Below are positions 1 to 9,054 of a DNA stretch of 20,000 bases, one piece after another. The DNA comes from Chiloscyllium plagiosum. Lineage: Eukaryota. The notes beneath the pieces were generated by a model, which saw only the letters and a list, made by a program, of their open reading frames with translations, ran no database searches and was not told where the DNA came from. Numbering within the stretch: position 1 is the stretch's first letter; each line of letters begins with the position of its first letter. Made by a program: the position numbers and the translations under genes. Location: positions 52,739,789-52,759,788 of the forward strand of contig NC_057728.1 of assembly GCF_004010195.1 (NCBI RefSeq), given 5' to 3'.

Positions 1-130
1 TTGAAGCAAGTGATCAAATGCTTTGTGAAAGGAGGAAAGTTTTAAGGTGCCTCCTAAAGGGAGGTAGAATTCCAGAGCTTAGAACCTGAACTGTTGAACA
101 CATGGCTGCCAATAAATAGCGTGATTTGAT
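1..130 (-). mobile_element. Decayed L2 LINE 3'-region fragment
   Basis: 'gttttaaggtgcctcctaaagggaggtagaattccagagcttag...catggctgccaat' resembles the antisense 3' region of shark L2 elements as I recall the consensus; no ORF remains. Confidence 0.55.
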
Positions 131-134
131 GGAT

Positions 135-350
135 GGATGTTAATGATCATGTGGCACTTGTTTGGAGAAGAACAGAGAGGTCCCTAGTGTTCTGCTGAAT
201 TTCCTCCACTGGTATGAATTACTGTATTGTCCTGCTGAGGTTGGCAACTGCATGTCTGACAGTACACTCAAAAAGTATTCAAAAATAGTCTGTAACGTGC
301 TTTGCAATGTTCTAAGGCCACAAAAGTGTTCATACAAATCTTTCTTTTGT
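135..350 (+). mobile_element. Deu-domain SINE (SacSINE1-like) relic, 3' half
   Basis: 'gatcatgtggcacttgtttggagaagaacagagaggtccctagtgttctg' followed by an L2-type tail 'aaaagtattc...ctgtaacgtgctttgcaatgttctaagg...tacaaatctttcttt'. It parallels the copy at 590-760. Confidence 0.55.
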
Positions 351-394
351 TATTCCAAGATCACCTCAGGCTTACTACATCAGCATTGAAATTG

Positions 395-760
395 GAGATC
401 AATTTGCAGCATACACTGTGTACTGGACACAACTGAGGAGATATAACTACAAGCAAGAGGTGATTTCTTCTTTGTCAGCATCAGTTAGGCACGGATTGCC
501 GGGTGAATGATCTGTTTCCATTTACAGCTCCATTCAGATAAAGAACATGACGTCGAGGTAACCTGGTGTTGTGTGATTTTTAACTTTGCCAGGTAAAGAA
601 CAGGGGAATGCCCCTGGCATCCCAGCCAACATCAATCTGTGAAGGAGGAAATTTGCAGCGTGCAAATTAGTTACCAATTTTACAAAGTAATTTCTCAGCT
701 GTGAAGTGCGAGTAACCATGCTGGGAGCATGAAGAAAACTGCATAAATGTAGATTAAATC
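395..760 (+). mobile_element. Deu-domain SINE (SacSINE1-like) relic
   Basis: 'aagaacaggggaatgcccctggcatcccagccaacat...gcgtgcaaattag...aaagtaatttctcagctgtgaagtgc...ataaatgtag' matches the Deu domain plus L2-derived tail. The 5' boundary is uncertain. Confidence 0.6.
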
Positions 761-1140
761 CTCATGTTTTTCTTGTACACCATAGGGGTAGCTCAACGGG
801 AGGAGGTGGGTGGGATTTTGGGAAGCAGAGTGGCTCCCAGCGTTGCAGTTGCAAAGAACAAATGGTCTTGGCAATGTGCTGTTTCTCACCACCTCCTTGG
901 AAACAACAAAGAATTGTCTACCCTCACATAAACTCCTTTGATGAAAGAGGGGCTGGTCTTTGGAACATTTTCAAAAGGTAATTAAAATGTTCTGCATTGT
1001 GCATACCCACATGCATACAGCTGCAGTAAAAAATGACAGTGTTCCTTAAAAAAAAGTGACCAATATCTGTCTGGATTTCAGACCTAGAATCCCTCCCCCA
1101 AATGTTTCCACCTCTAATCTTTGCCCACCCCTTAGATCAA

Positions 1141-1434
1141 CCAACGCAAGGGACCCGGGTTCAATTCTCGTCTCGGGCAACTGTCTGTGCGGAGTTTGCA
1201 CATCCCTGTGTCTGCATGGGTTTCCTCCAGGTGCTCCAGTTTCCTCCCACAGTCTAAAGATAAGCAGGTGAGGTGAATTGACCATGCTAAATTGCCCATA
1301 GTATTAGGTGCCTTAGTCAGGGGTAAATGTATGGGTCTGGGTGGATTGCTCTTCAGAGGGTCGGTATGGACTTGTTGGGCCGAAGGGCCTGTTTCCACAC
1401 TGCAGGGAATCTAATCTGTAGGGAATCCAATCAA
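1141..1434 (+). mobile_element. HE1-type V-SINE, 5'-truncated
   Basis: Pol III B-box GGGTTCAATTC at ~1156; V-domain 'tgcatgggtttcctccaggtgctccagtttcctcccacagtctaaaga'; CR1-derived tail 'gggccgaagggcctgtttccacactg'. The A-box is missing. Confidence 0.92.
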
Positions 1435-1544
1435 ATATGGAATCACACGTCTTTCACCAACATTTAGCCAGCTGCTCTAGACTGGATGTAATCCTCTCAT
1501 CCATGCACAGGTGACCTTGGATGAGGAAAGGTAGGGATTCACAC

Positions 1545-1628
1545 ACAGAATATGAATTAGGAGCAGAATTAAGCTGTTCTAGCCCTGCAGCCAGCTCCAC
1601 TACTCAACAAGTTCAGAGTTGAGCTGTT
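1545..1628 (-). mobile_element. Old CR1 3'-end fragment
   Basis: 'atatgaattaggagcagaattaagctgttctagccctgcagccagctccac' is antisense to CR1 3' UTR ends like those at 8990-9020 and 12480-12515. Confidence 0.5.
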
Positions 1629-2499
1629 TGTCCTGGATTATCCAATGCTCAGACAGTCATAATACCAGTGTACACAGATAGAGTGCATGGGTCTCTGAAG
1701 AGCACCCAATGTAACAGGCTCCAAAGGAATTGCCTCGGAAATTGAAGATTCCTACGAGCAACTTCTCTAGGTCAGGAATCCTCTGAAAGTCTCTGTTTAA
1801 ATTGGAGAATTTGGAGAGTTCTGACGTAATTAAGTAAATAGCTACTCAGCAAAGGTTAGAACATTTAAGACATAATCTAAATCTTGAATAACTATTCAGC
1901 TGGCCCTACGTTCACTTCGCATATGCCCAAATAGCATATGCCCTCCTGACTCTGATCTGACAATCCCAGGACCCAACACGCCCCAGCTGCTCTGGACCCC
2001 AACCCCTTACCTGACCCACCCTCACCTATTCTGGACCAGGGCCCTTTAAGCTCCTCTGACTCCCACCCCCTTTTCAGTGCCCAGAAGCTGAACTTCATCA
2101 CCAGCATTAAACCTGGTGCCCTTTCACCTGCTTGGAGCCAACCCCAAATCACCAGCTATGGACCCAGCACTCCCTTCACTGCCATGCAGGTGGGCAGACG
2201 TTGGACACAGTTAGGGTAGGGATCATGTATTGTTCCAACACCCAAAGAATTTTTACGATGCTGAGATTCCTCTCAGTATCTCTGTCTTTGGCTCGCTGTC
2301 AATTCTTGTTTGTTTAGACAGCAACTCTCCAGATTAAAGGAGCTATTAAAAATCATGTTGATTAGTTGTAGCAATCAATCAATCTCCTGCATTTTGAAAT
2401 TATATCAATATCTGGACCATGTTGCATTCTTACCCTGCAGCAACAAAATATTAGCCCTAACCTGAATGTGACCCCTAACAAAAATAACCACCTGAAAAT

Positions 2500-2965
2500 A
2501 CTGGAATGTCCAAGAATTCTGGTCTCCTTCCTATTGGAAGGATGTTGTGAAAGGGTTCAGAAAAGATTTACTAGGATGTTGCCAGGGTTGGAGGATTTGA
2601 GCTATTGGGAGAGGTTGAATAGGCTGGGGCGGTTTTCATTGAAATGTCGGAGGCTGAGGGGTGATCTTATAGAGATTTATAAAATCACGAGGGGCATGGA
2701 TAGGATAAATAGACAAAGTATTTTCCCTGGGGTGAGGGAGTCCAGAACTAGAGGGCATAGGTTTCGTGTGAGAGGGGAAAGATATAAAAGAGACCTAGGG
2801 GGCGACTTTTTCACACAGAGGGTGGTATGTGTATGGAATAAACTGCCAGAGGATGTGGTGGAGGCTGGTACAATTGAAACATTTAAAAGGCATCTGGATG
2901 GGTATATGAATAGGAAGGGTTTGGAGGAATATGGGCCGGGTGCTGGCAGGTGGGACTAGGTTGGT
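2500..2965 (+). mobile_element. CR1 LINE ORF2 C-terminal fragment
   Basis: ORF 2468..2959 reads ERVQKRFTRMLPGLEDLSYWERLNRLG...RRLRGDLIEIYKI...SRTRGH...FFTQRVVCVWNKLPEDVVEA, the typical CR1 ORF2 C-terminus. The 3' tail is absent after ~2965. Confidence 0.95.
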
Positions 2966-4159
2966 TTCACTTGATTACCTTGTTGACTTTGTTAATATTC
3001 ACTTAAACCCATTTCAACTTTTGGGTAAACATTACATTATAAAGGCCAAAGACTGTTCTTAAATATGTTGCAAATTTGTTGTTTCGGTGCACCTAAGACA
3101 AAGCAGCAAATTCTGCTTTGAAGGAGCACGATTTATAACCATGTCTCTATGGGCACAACCGGATATAAAGCTAAGCTGTGATTCAACAAAATCTGTTATT
3201 AATTAACCGCAGCCTACAGGATGACTAAAACTTCTTTTCATCTAAGCTGTGTGTTTGTGTTTAGTCTGGAGAAGATTGTCATCTGGAGGCAACTCATTTC
3301 TCAAGGGAGGAATGGGTGCCTGGCTCATGCAAGTAGGGTGAGGAACCTTTGGAACATGGCACACCAGTCTGAGGGGGAACATGATGCCACTTTCAGAAGG
3401 GCCAGTAAAGGGATGAGCAGCTCCCTCACCAATTTTGCGTCATGCCCTATTTTGAGATTCCACAAGTATGCAAAGCAAGCATCCTTGGTTGGCTTTTGTA
3501 TCCCATTGTTGGCTTTGGCAACCATTGGATAAACCTCTGTCTGTTTGCACCAGACCATTCAGGACTTTAAAGAGACCACTCTCAGGAAAGGACCAAAACT
3601 TCCTCCAAGGGTCGAGGGTATTTTTGTAGCGACAAGTGGGTTGCATCCAGCTCACTCCTACCTGAGATCCTTCAGCATTGCTTCCTGGAAGGTCCGACAA
3701 CAGCCATTCCACCAGCCCTCCAAATTCCCAGTACCCCACTCTCCGCCTCAGAGCTAAACTCCAGATCTGCTCAATACCCTGCCCTTCCATACCCTCAGCA
3801 AGCAGCACTGGCAGATCAGGTCTCCATCACCCGGTGGCAGAAATGCCCCAGGTCCCTCTCCCTGCCACCTCCCCACTTTACACTTCTTTTGCATGTTCCC
3901 TTAAAACCAGTATGATCATTTTCTGACTGCTTTTAAACATCTTCGTTATTGGAAACTGTTGACATCTGTTTATCACTTGTGGTCAATGATGCCCAGCAGA
4001 GTTTTTGCTTCATTGATTATATCAATCAACTGGATTTCCCATTCCACAAAAAAAATTATTGATCAGAAATAAATCAGCATTTGGAAAAATGATCTGTTTT
4101 CTAACTATCGTTAAAATGAAGTTACAGTCAGAGAGTTCCATGTACTATAGAAGATTCAA

Positions 4160-4400
4160 ATTGCCACTTGCACTTGTAGACTGGGGATACTGACTGTCAG
4201 GGTTGGTGATCCAATTTTCTCTAATGAAAGGGTTTGCCAGGAGTCACTCTCATTTTTACCACTGGGCCTGTGTTTGAGTGAGTTGTATTGTAGGTTGATA
4301 CTCAAACTGTTTGAGTTGAAGCACAAATGCATCTTCTTTGATGAAAGTAGGATTTGAACCCAGAGCTTACAGCTCTGAGATAGGGATACCAAACCCAAGA
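4160..4400 (-). mobile_element. Decayed tRNA-derived SINE
   Basis: Minus-strand B-box GGGTTCAAATCCTAC at 4347-4361 with SINE-head context; the body is highly diverged. Confidence 0.4.
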
Positions 4401-4429
4401 ACCCACCATTGCAAAGGAGATAAAGCCAA

Positions 4430-4570
4430 ACTATTCCCTCTGTAGTGTGTGGACTAGTAACCAGAGGTAATAGATTTAAATTCATCAAAAGGGGGAGATG
4501 AGAATAGTATTCATTCAAAGGACTGCTGGGCTCAGGAATTCATTAGGATTGGCAGCAGCAATCTTTTGAA
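4430..4570 (+). mobile_element. Highly decayed CR1 ORF2 C-terminal relic
   Basis: 'ctattccctctgtag...taaccagaggtaatagatttaaa...ttcattcaaaggactg...ggaattca' corresponds to the LFP...TRGH.FK...F.QR...WNS motif string. Confidence 0.6.
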
Positions 4571-5237
4571 CAGTTGGGAGTGATTCAATTCCAGCTTTTT
4601 TAACAGCACAGGACAATAATGTTGATTTAAAACACACCCAGGAATGGGCAAAGGTTTACATTATGACAAACCACACCGGTTTTCTTATCAGTTTATAACC
4701 AGCAACAAGTGCAGCTGTAAACAATTACAAGAGGGCCAAACAACAGCTGTCCGCTAACTGGTTTTAGGCTAGTTCTGCTGAAAGTGGGATTCGAGACCCC
4801 AAATCGGGTCACAGGCTGAACGTTTGGAGTCATGAGGACTGAGGCAGCAATGGTGAACACCACCATCAATCTCTAACAGGTCTTGTCCTCCCTATTTCCA
4901 TGACTGCCTAAGGGGTCACAGCTGTTTTTAAGTTACAGTGGGAAAAGTGTTGGGAAGTATTGTTTAAGGTTATTCACTAGAAGCTTCCACTTTGTTTTGC
5001 ATCAGGGCTGTCTAGAATGTGACTTGAATTTATCCCTTCTAATGTCAAAGATGTCTAGTAGCCGGTGGTCACTCCAAAAGCTGTTTAACCTTTTGTTCAG
5101 ACAAAGACCATTTAAAAAGTCATCGCAACCAATCTCTATCAACAAATCGACAACAGACTTTTCAGTTCCCTTTATCCTTTCACGGGATGCAGATTTCATC
5201 AGGAATGCCAACATTCATTGCCTATTGATAATTATAC

Positions 5238-5321
5238 AGTCATAGAGTCACAGTGCGGGAAAATACCCTTCCGTCCAACTCATCCATGCTGACCAGCATC
5301 CTAAATTAATCTAGTCCAATT
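5238..5321 (-). mobile_element. Short CR1 3'-end copy
   Basis: 'catagagtcacag...cccttccgtccaactcatccatgctgaccag...atcctaaattaatctagtcc' repeats the CR1 3' end that follows directly at 5322-5405. Confidence 0.8.
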
Positions 5322-6937
5322 TATAGAATCAAAGAGATGTATGGAATCAGACCCTTCAGTCCAACTTGTCTATGCTGACCAGATATCCTAAACTAATCTA
5401 GTCCCATTTTTTCAGCATTTGACCCATTTCCCTCAAAACCCTTCCTATTCATATTCCCATACAGTTGCCTTTTAAATGTTGCACCACCTCCTCTGGCAGC
5501 TCATTCCATACACACACCACCCTCTGCATGAAAATGTTGCCCCTTAGCTCCCTTTCAAAATCTTTCCCCTCTCACCTTAGACCTATGCCCCCTAGCTTTG
5601 GACTCCCCTACCCTGAAAAAAAGACCTTGGCTTTTCACCCTATCTATGCCCCATATAATTTTACAAACGTCTATAAGGACTTCCCTCAGTCTCCGACGCT
5701 CCAAGGAAAACAGCCCTCGCCTATTCCCTATAGCTTAAACCTTCCAACCCTGGCAACGGTCTTGTAAATCTTTTCTGAACTCTTTCAAATATAGAATAGT
5801 TTTCATTCAAAGGATTGTTAGGTTCAGATGTTGTGGGTTACAGAGGAACATAGATAAGATGCAGACCTGGGCTGAGAAGTGGCAAATGGAGTTTAATGCG
5901 GAAAGGTGTGAGGTAGTTCACTTCAGAAGAAGTAACAGGAATGCAGAGTACTGGGATAATGGTAAAATTCTTGGCAGTGTAGAAGAAAAAGAGAGATCTC
6001 GGTGTCCATGTACATAGATCCCTGAAAGTTGCCACTCAGGTTGATAGGGTTGTTTGGAAGGCATATGCTGTGTTGGCGTTTATTGCTAGGTGGATTGAGT
6101 TTTGGATCCATGAGGTCATGCTTCAGCTGTTCAAGACACTGGCAAGGCCGCACCTAGAGTATTGTATGCAGTTCTGGTCACCACATTATAGGAAGGACGT
6201 GGAAGCTTTGGAAAGGGTTCAGGAGGAGATTTACTAGGATATTGCCTAGTATGGAAGGAAGGTCTTATGAGGAAAGGCTGAGGAAACTGAGGCTGTTTTT
6301 GTTGGAGAGATGAAGGTCGAGAAGTGACTTAATCAAAACACATAAGATAATTAGAGGGTTAGATAGGGTGGACATATAGAGCCTTTTTCCTTGGATGGTG
6401 AAGGCTAACACAAGGGGACATAGCTTTAAACTGAAAGGGGATAGATTTAGGACAGATATTAGGGGTAGGTTCATCACTCAGAGTAGTAGGGGCATGGAAT
6501 GGCTTGCCTGCAACAGTAGTAAACTCACAACATTTAGGGCATTTAAATTGGCATTAGACATACATATGAATAATAATGGAATTGTGTGGGTTAGATGGGC
6601 ATCAGATTATTTTCACAGGTCGGCACAACATCGAGGGCTGAAGGGCCTGTACTGCACTGTAACGTTCTATGTTCTATGTAAATTTCACAACATCTTTTCT
6701 TTAGCAGGGAGACCAGGAATGAACACAGTATTCCAAAAGTAGCATTACCAATATTCTGTTCAGCTGCAATATGACCTCCCAACTTCTATACTCAATGCAC
6801 TGACCAATGAAAGCAAGCGTACCAAATGCATTCTTCACTATCCTGTCTACCTGTGACACCACCTTCAAGGAACAATGAACATGTACCCCTTGGTCTCTTT
6901 GTTCGGCAACACTCCCCAGAGGCCTACCAGTAAGTGT
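5322..6937 (-). mobile_element. CR1 LINE 3' portion in two pieces (5322-5790 and 6680-6937), interrupted by a plus-strand CR1
   Basis: Joining the pieces gives '...ctttcaaat|ttcacaacatc...', collinear with the uninterrupted copy at 13505-13525. ORF 6701..6997 reads GSVAEQRDQGVHVHCSLKV...LLEYCVHSWSP. Confidence 0.92.
5827..6679 (+). mobile_element. 5'-truncated CR1 LINE (ORF2 C-terminus plus 3' UTR)
   Basis: From 5838 it reads LQRNIDKMQTWAEKWQMEFNAERCEVVHF; frameshifts follow; NTRGHSFKL is in ORF 6395; it ends in the CR1 (TTCTATG)n tail at 6665-6678. Confidence 0.95.
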
Positions 6938-7461
6938 ATTGCCCATAAATCTTGATGGCTTGCTCGGCATTACAGAGGACAGTTGAGAATCAAACACTTT
7001 GCTGTGTGCCTGGAGTCACACATTGAACAGACTGCGTAAGGATGTCAGCGTTCCTTCCCTAAAAGGGCCATCAATATGGTTTCCATAGTTATTACTGAGA
7101 CTAGCAATCAATTCCAGATTAATTGATTGAGTTAAAACTTCATCAGGTGCCATTTGAACCCATGTCCCTGGAACCTGAGCCTGGGCCTCTGGTTTGCTCG
7201 TTCATCAACATTATTATCATACCATATCCAACAACCTCCAAGAGGTATAAAAAACCTTGATGATGGGACCCATTGGTCGATAGGTAACCTCCTTCCTCCC
7301 AAACATAATGTCTCCTGAGTCATCTTTGTGAATTAGATTGTTTTCCAATCAAAAACATTGTGTTTCTAATTTATGGTAAAAGATCCACTGACTCCAGCAA
7401 AGGGTTCACTTATCGTTAAGTGAACTTTCTCCAAACAGCTAAAGGCTATTTACATTGTGAC

Positions 7462-7640
7462 AGAAAGGACAAATTACATTGATATAGCACCTAGAATGTG
7501 GAAAGAAGTTTCACAGAAACAAAACCAATTGAACCTGAAGGAGGGTGATCAAAGATTCATCAAAGAGAAGGGTCTAGAAGGACAGGGTAGCTGGGAGCTG
7601 TAAGGATATAGAATGTGAATTCTTAAGCATAAGATGATGG
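7462..7640 (-). mobile_element. Decayed L2 3' end
   Basis: 'acaaattacattgatatagcacct...tttcacag...ggtgatcaaagattcatcaaagagaaggg' is antisense to an L2-type tail; same family as 1-130. Confidence 0.5.
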
Positions 7641-7989
7641 GAGAAACCACACTGGACATCTCTGCATCAATTTTGCACAGCGCTAGAAGCGTGGTATTGT
7701 AGGAAAGGCTGGTCCCATGATGATCATGCTTCTAGGATGCTAATATTCTAGGACCACCTTCTGTAGACTATAACTGACATTGGTGGTGGTTTTAGAGGTG
7801 CCACAGAAATGAACTCAATGACTGTGGACTGCGCTGACTTACAGTCTAACTGGCTTTCAGACTGCAGCAGATGCTGAAAAGTGAAACAACAGTGGCAGTC
7901 CATTGTTAGAATTGGGTGGCAATTTTACATTTCTGATGCTTCCACTATTGAGTGCTTAACCCTGCCATTTGCCAAAGCAGATTCCCCAG

Positions 7990-8260
7990 AAGCAGGGACT
8001 CTGAACATAAGATAGTTTTTGATAACTGCAGCAGGGAATTCCAGTGAAATTCATGCACAGAATGCCAACACCGCTGCAAGCAATAGTGGAGGTGAATCTC
8101 ATGAATGCATTTCAAGGGAAGTTGGATAAACACATGAAGGAAGAAGAAATAGAGGAATGTGTTTATAGGGTGAGATGAAACAGAATGAGGGAAAGATGAA
8201 TATGGTCAACTGGACTTGAATGGTCAGTTTCATTGCTGAAAATTTGATGCAATTCTGCAA
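7990..8260 (+). mobile_element. Old CR1 3' fragment
   Basis: 'atgcatttcaagggaagttggataaacacatg' (AFQGKLDKHM) followed by a decayed CR1 3' UTR. Confidence 0.7.
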
Positions 8261-8261
8261 T

Positions 8262-9020
8262 AGGCATGGCAGGTGAAACATAATGTGGATAAGTGGGCTT
8301 CCCCTTGGTTGGAAGAACAGACATGTAGATTTATGGTGAGAAATGTTATGTCCAAAGAGACACTAATAACCTTTTTGCATAGTAAAGATACTATGCAAGT
8401 GTAGCAAGCAATTAGGAAAGCAAATGGTGTGTTGGCTTTATCATAAGAGGATTTGAGTACAATAGTAAAGATGTCTTTCTTCTTTTGCATACAACATAAG
8501 TGAGGTTACATCTTGAGTGCTGTGCACAGTTTTAAGCACCTTTCCTCAACAGAGTGTAGCACAGGTTCACTGATTCCTGGGGTGGCAGGACTATTCTATA
8601 AGGAAAGATTGTGGAAACTGTGTCTGTGTTCTCCAGAGTTTGAAAGAGGGACAGGTGATCTCACAAGGGGTGAAATTTACAAAATTCTGAAAGAGCTAGA
8701 CTGGAGAAAGGACATTTTCCCCTGGCTAGAAGTCTAAAATGAAGTACCACAATCTCAGAGTAAGAGAAAAGCCATTTAGGACTGAAAAAGAGGAGGTATG
8801 TATTAACTCAGAGGGTCTTTGGAATTCTTTACACCAAATGGCTGTGTAAATTCAATCACTGAAGATATTCAAAACAAAAATCAATAGATTTCTAGACAGA
8901 AATGACAGTAAGAAATATGGAGAAAGAGTAGGAAATTGGTGCTGAGGTAGATAAGCAACCGTAAACTAGAACAGCAGAGCTGGTCTGAGCAACTGAGTGG
9001 CCTATTCCTGTCTTCATGTG
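8262..9020 (+). mobile_element. Decayed CR1 ORF2 C-terminus plus 3' UTR
   Basis: Motifs WQVKHNVDK, QAIRKANGVLA, YKERL, EIYKILKELD and 'actcagaggg...tggaattct'; ends 'gtggcctattcctg'. Confidence 0.88.
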
Positions 9021-9054
9021 AGAACTTCATAATATAGTTATCAATTTATGCATC

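Larger units (their letters stand above)
5170..7230 (-). mobile_element. tRNA-derived SINE split in two (5170-5225 and 6938-7230) by nested CR1 insertions
   Basis: Tail piece 'tttatcctttcacgggatg...gccaacattcattgcctat' and body/head 'attgcccat...tggcttgc...ggagtcacac...taaggatg...ttccttccctaaa...atttgaacccatgtccc' are collinear with the same-family copies at 10770-11000 and 11095-11440. Confidence 0.75.

Noticed and set aside
528..557. 30-nt plus-strand exon-like segment (tttacag|...GAG|gtaacc)
   Set aside because: Lies within a DeuSINE relic, has a weak donor and no recognisable peptide.
1141..1175. B-box sequences (also 4347, ~7152, ~11177) as tRNA genes
   Set aside because: No cloverleaf; they are SINE heads.
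1695..1740. CTGAAGAG...GAAA as a hammerhead ribozyme
   Set aside because: Stem II does not pair and no flanking stems form; the same applies to CTGATGAG near 16044.
1919..1943. Tandem GCATATGCCC palindromes resembling EBNA1 sites
   Set aside because: Only two 10-bp copies with no viral context; most likely a small local duplication.
2468..2959. 163-aa ORF as a host gene
   Set aside because: It is a CR1 ORF2 C-terminal remnant with no true start.
3221..3926. Cluster of 70-122-aa ORFs in a more GC-rich patch
   Set aside because: Overlapping on both strands with no homology or splice structure; possibly an old repeat I cannot classify.
4997..5245. Overlapping 82-aa and 70-aa ORFs with a possible acceptor at 5005
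   Set aside because: No recognisable protein, and 5170 onward is a SINE tail.
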